This document shows, one piece after another, positions 60,412 to 64,000 of a stretch of 64,000 bases of DNA. The stretch is from Heterodontus francisci (Eukaryota). The position numbers and the translations under genes were made by a program. The stretch lies in NCBI RefSeq assembly GCF_036365525.1, contig NC_090401.1, forward strand, positions 24,181,839 to 24,245,838, read 5' to 3'. Position 1 is the stretch's first letter; each line of letters starts with the position of its first letter. The notes under the pieces are model-generated. The model saw only the letters and a program-made list of their open reading frames with translations, searched no databases and was not told the DNA's origin.

Positions 60412-62108
60412 AATCAGGCTGCCACGTTGCTTTGGATGACTTTGGCGGGCGTCCTCTGCCTGCCCGAGGCCGTGCGGGCTGCGGCATGTCAAGATGATCC
60501 TGAGAAGTCTCAGGAACACCCTCTGACACCCTGGGAGTATGTGGTGCTGATGTCACTGGCAGAGGGGACAAGGAGCTGCAGGATGCATCAGGAGCGCCCT
60601 GAGAAGAGCTCCCATATGAAATCAGCTGCTGCCCCTGTGCCCTCTTGAGGCTCAATTGGTCCTCTCTGCTAACCTCAGAGGAATGAGCAGCTTCCACATG
60701 TCGCCTGAGCATCAGAGTCAGATCTCTAATGCTCTGATCCATGGAGCCCACTCTCTCTCTGAGGTATACATGGCCTCCAGGATCGGGCCCTCCACTGCAG
60801 CCGCCAATCTGTCAATGCAGGAAGGCAGATGGACAGATGACAGAGAATGTGCAGGACTCAAGCCCTGGATGGACACCTCCGAAGTCTGAGTCATAGCACA
60901 CAAAGTCTCTGGTAACTCCGCCAGATCTCCATGCACCGCACGCTGCACTTGCAGCATCTCCCACAGAATGGATGTCAGCAGAGGCTGGTCATTAGCTTGT
61001 GACTCTACACTGGCCTGACCTCCCACAGTCCTGCAATTGTCAAAGGCTGGTACTTCCTCTGGCTGCTGAACTGTCAATTGTGTGGTGCTGTCACCAGGTT
61101 GTGACCACAAATCCGAGGAGACACGCATCCCAACCGATGTGAATGTCTCTGAGCTGGCGCTTGTTGTGGAGCAAGGATGTGACGTTGCACCCTGTGAGGT
61201 CCACTCCTCCTCCTCAGAGGTGGACGGAAGAGTCCTGGAGATGCTTCCTGGCCGCTGCTGTTTTTCACCTGCAGGGAAAATCAGAATGATCAGTTGTGAT
61301 CAGCACTCCTGACTGGAAGACATGTTATAGACTGCATTGTGGGCACATCTGTGTGATTTTAAGTTTGAGAGCACCCTTCAGTGCCTGAAACAATCCTCGC
61401 ACCAGATGTCCACCCACCACCCACCCCCCTCCCCTCAACCACACTCTAGGAAACTCACTCTCCTGGCCAGGTGTGCCGGCCTCGCCATCAGCTACAGCGC
61501 ATCCTCCATCCTCCCCTGATGGCATTGATTCATCCACTTCCAGTCTGGTCAAAAAGGCCAGGTTGGCCACGCCGCCACCGGTCCGGGACCTCTCACAGGC
61601 ATTATGTGCCCTCTTCTCCTGTGTATACACAAAGGAATTAGTTATCACTTGGAAGATCACCCACTCACCCCTTGGGCTGAGTGCTGCAACTCAAACCACT
61701 GCCAGTGAAGTGCACGGATAGAACACATCTGGACCACTGTGTGTCACAGATGTGCCCATTATACGGCCCAAGGCATGATTGCAGCCAATCACTGAACATG
61801 GATGGCTTTGAACTTGCAGCATCAGCACCCATTGACCCTCCCACGTCACATAAAAGATGAGATGACTGTGGAATGCCCCTTATCCTGGCAAAGTGCAGAA
61901 GGTCATTAACCCGCTTGCGGCATTGGAGCCGTGTCCTCCTAACTACTCCGCGGCTGGTGACCTTCTCCGCTACCTCCAACCACGCCTTCTTGGTAATCTG
62001 GGAAGGCCTCCTCCTTCCGTCGGATGGGAAGAGGACCTCCCGCCATGCCTCAGCCGCCTGCAGGACGACATGTAAGGAGTCCTCTGAGAAGCGAGGGGGG
62101 GCATGCAA
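60412..62108 (-). pseudogene. Harbinger Myb/SANT-like (NAIF1/MSANTD-like) gene, three exons (62108-~61885, 61618-61459, 61268-~60412)
   Basis: APPRFSEDSL..REVLFPSDG..KKAWLEVAEKV..RTRLQCRKRVNDL; ACAG|EKRAHN..TGGG..|GTGAGT; CTGCAG|exon 3; first donor reads ATAAGG (mutated). Confidence 0.85.
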
Positions 62109-62289
62109 CTACTTCTCCCTTCCATTGCTGCAAGCAGGTTGTGGTGAGGTTCTGATTTTTCTTGCTGGGCACTTTCAGTCCTCCTACAGTCTTTTCACCC
62201 TCAATTCCTTGTTTTTCCCTCACAGATGTGCAGTGTCTCCTCTCAACATCCGCCTTGCTTCAGATAAGCTTCTCAGAGCCACAGAGATT

Positions 62290-63125
62290 TTTGTTATTTC
62301 CTCCTGTTAGTTTATTTGTAGGTAGTTGAAATCTCTCTGTGCCCGCTAGTCACCTCATAGATTTGTCTACCCATTTCTTCCTTCAAATCCCTTTCATTAT
62401 TTGATGATCTATAGTATACTCCTATTAGGGTGATGAATCCTTTCTTGTCTTTTAACTCACTCCATATGGATTCTGTTTCTATACTGCTGTGGGTTCCATC
62501 CTTTCTTTTCACCACCATTATGTTAGCTTTAACTAGTACTACTACTGTTCCACCTCTCTTCCTTCCTTACCTTTCCTTCCGAAATGTGTTACATCTGGAA
62601 ATATTTAGTTCCTAATCCTGTTCTCCATGTTTCAGTCATCCCTACTACACCCGGATCCTTTTTACAAATTATTGCCTTCATTCATTCATTTTGTTTTGAA
62701 TACTATGGACATTGTTGCACCTTTAGTTTAAGTTGTTTTTATTTATTATTCCCCTTTTTTTGTGGTTATTTTAACTTTATGCTCTATGACTTTATCTGGT
62801 CTCTGACTTTTGGTGTTATCCTTATTCCTTCCTTTAGTTTGTTCTTTAAAAGAATCAGGAAAAGAAAGTATTCACTTTCTGTAATGTCTAGCAGATCCTT
62901 GTGTTACCAGTATAAAATCTTATTTACAGTCTTGGCTGTCCTTTTCCACCAGGGCCTTGACCTTAGCCTGGTTCAGATGCAACCCATCCCAATGGTATCC
63001 CACCTTCCTGTCCCAGTACTGGGTGCCAGTGACCCATGAAATGGAATCTGTCTTTCCCACATTACTGCTTTAGCCATGTGTTGACTTTCCTAATTTGTTT
63101 GTTCCTAAACCAATTTGCAAGCGGC
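62290..63125 (-). mobile_element. Old CR1 fragment spanning ORF1 esterase end and ORF2 endonuclease start
   Basis: Minus strand NTWLK..C..F.FMGHW..YW..DGLHLN (~62970-63085) and ESIWSELK..LIGVYYR (~62420). Confidence 0.7.
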
Positions 63126-63129
63126 TCTG

Positions 63130-63842
63130 ATAACACCTTGTATTTATATAGTGCATTTAACATTATAAAACGTCCCAAGGTGCTTCACAGGTGCATTATA
63201 AAACAACATTTGACACCAAGCCACATTAGGAGATATTCAGCCAGATGATCAAAAACTTGGTCAAAGAGGAAGGTTTTAAGGAATGTCTTAAGAGATGAAA
63301 GTGAGGTGGAGAGGTTTAGGGGAGAATTTCAGAGCTTGGAGCCTTGGCAGCTGAAGGTGTGTCCACCAATGGTGGAGTGATTAAAATCAGGGGTGCTCAA
63401 GAGGCCAGAATTAGAGGAGTGCAGATATCTTGGGTTGTGGGGCTGAAGGAGATTACAGAGATTAGGGAGGAGTGAGGCCACAGAGGGAATTTAAACTAGG
63501 ATGAAAATGTTTACATCAAGGTGTTGCTTAATCGGGAGTCAATGTAGGGTAGTGAACACATGGATGATGGGTGATTGGGACTTGGTGCGATTTAGGACAC
63601 AGGCAGCGGAGTTTTGGATGGCCTTAAGTTTACAGAGGGTAGAACATGGGATGCCAGCCAGGAGTGCATTGGAATAGTCAAGTCTTAAGGTAACAAATGC
63701 ATGGATAAGGATTTCAGCAGTATTTGAGCTGATGCAGGGGTAGAGTTGTGCGATGTTATAGAGGTGAAAATAGGCTGATGATACGAATATGTGGTCTGAA
63801 GCTCATCTTGGTGTCAAATATGATAACCAACAAGGTTGCAAA
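63130..63842 (-). mobile_element. L2 LINE 3' portion
   Basis: TTGTATTTATATAGTGCATTTAAC..AAACGTCCCAAGGTGCTTCACAGG tail; colinear with 17348-17960. Confidence 0.82.
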
Positions 63843-63959
63843 TAATCCTGAAATTATTACCCGCGAGGTCCTTCTTTCCAAAGTATCCCCTAATTCTAGT
63901 TACTCCCTTAGATGGAATCTTACCAGCTGTGTGGAAGTGGCTTTAGTGGTAGGCAGTGG

Positions 63960-64000
63960 GGGCGATTTTTAAGAATGGCGTTTTAGGTCGGCCATCTGAC
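63960..64000. mobile_element. Possible left end of another Harbinger-type element
   Basis: GGGCGATTTT TIR-like start followed by CpG-rich sequence at the window edge. Confidence 0.35.

Larger units (their letters stand above)
58050..62115. mobile_element. Harbinger transposon with convergent transposase (+) and Myb-like (-) genes; right TIR not found
   Basis: Left TIR-like GACCAGAATTTC, CpG-rich subterminal region, both genes recognisable. Confidence 0.85.

Noticed and set aside
58510-62108. Domesticated HARBI1 or NAIF1 host genes
   Set aside because: In-frame stop, TE insertion, mutated splice donor, TIR-like end and multiple related copies indicate transposon pseudogenes
1-64000. The many 60-170 aa ORFs as host or novel genes
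   Set aside because: They are antisense or alternative frames of TEs, or low-complexity DNA; no recognisable domain or consistent exon chain

Overview
Eukaryotic, repeat-dominated DNA (intergenic or deep intronic). The repeat content points to a cartilaginous fish, most likely a shark: HE1-like V-SINEs, SacSINE1-like DeuSINEs, and abundant CR1 and L2 LINEs. No host protein-coding exon could be supported. The window holds: (1) one young RTE-clade LINE with an uninterrupted 1044-aa APE-RT-zinc-finger ORF and a perfect 12-bp TSD; (2) several decayed CR1 and L2 LINEs; (3) an internally deleted Gypsy element whose right LTR is folded back on itself; (4) at least three solo-LTR families; (5) two Penelope-like insertions whose pseudo-LTRs carry minimal hammerhead-ribozyme motifs; (6) a dense cluster of PIF/Harbinger transposons (transposase and three-exon Myb/SANT pseudogenes) with their MITEs; (7) an unclassified CpG-rich cassette carrying CTCF, YY1, NRF1 and CRE motifs. 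Many elements are nested, with readable TSDs. Family assignments come from motif recognition by eye, not database searches, and the boundaries of old elements are approximate.
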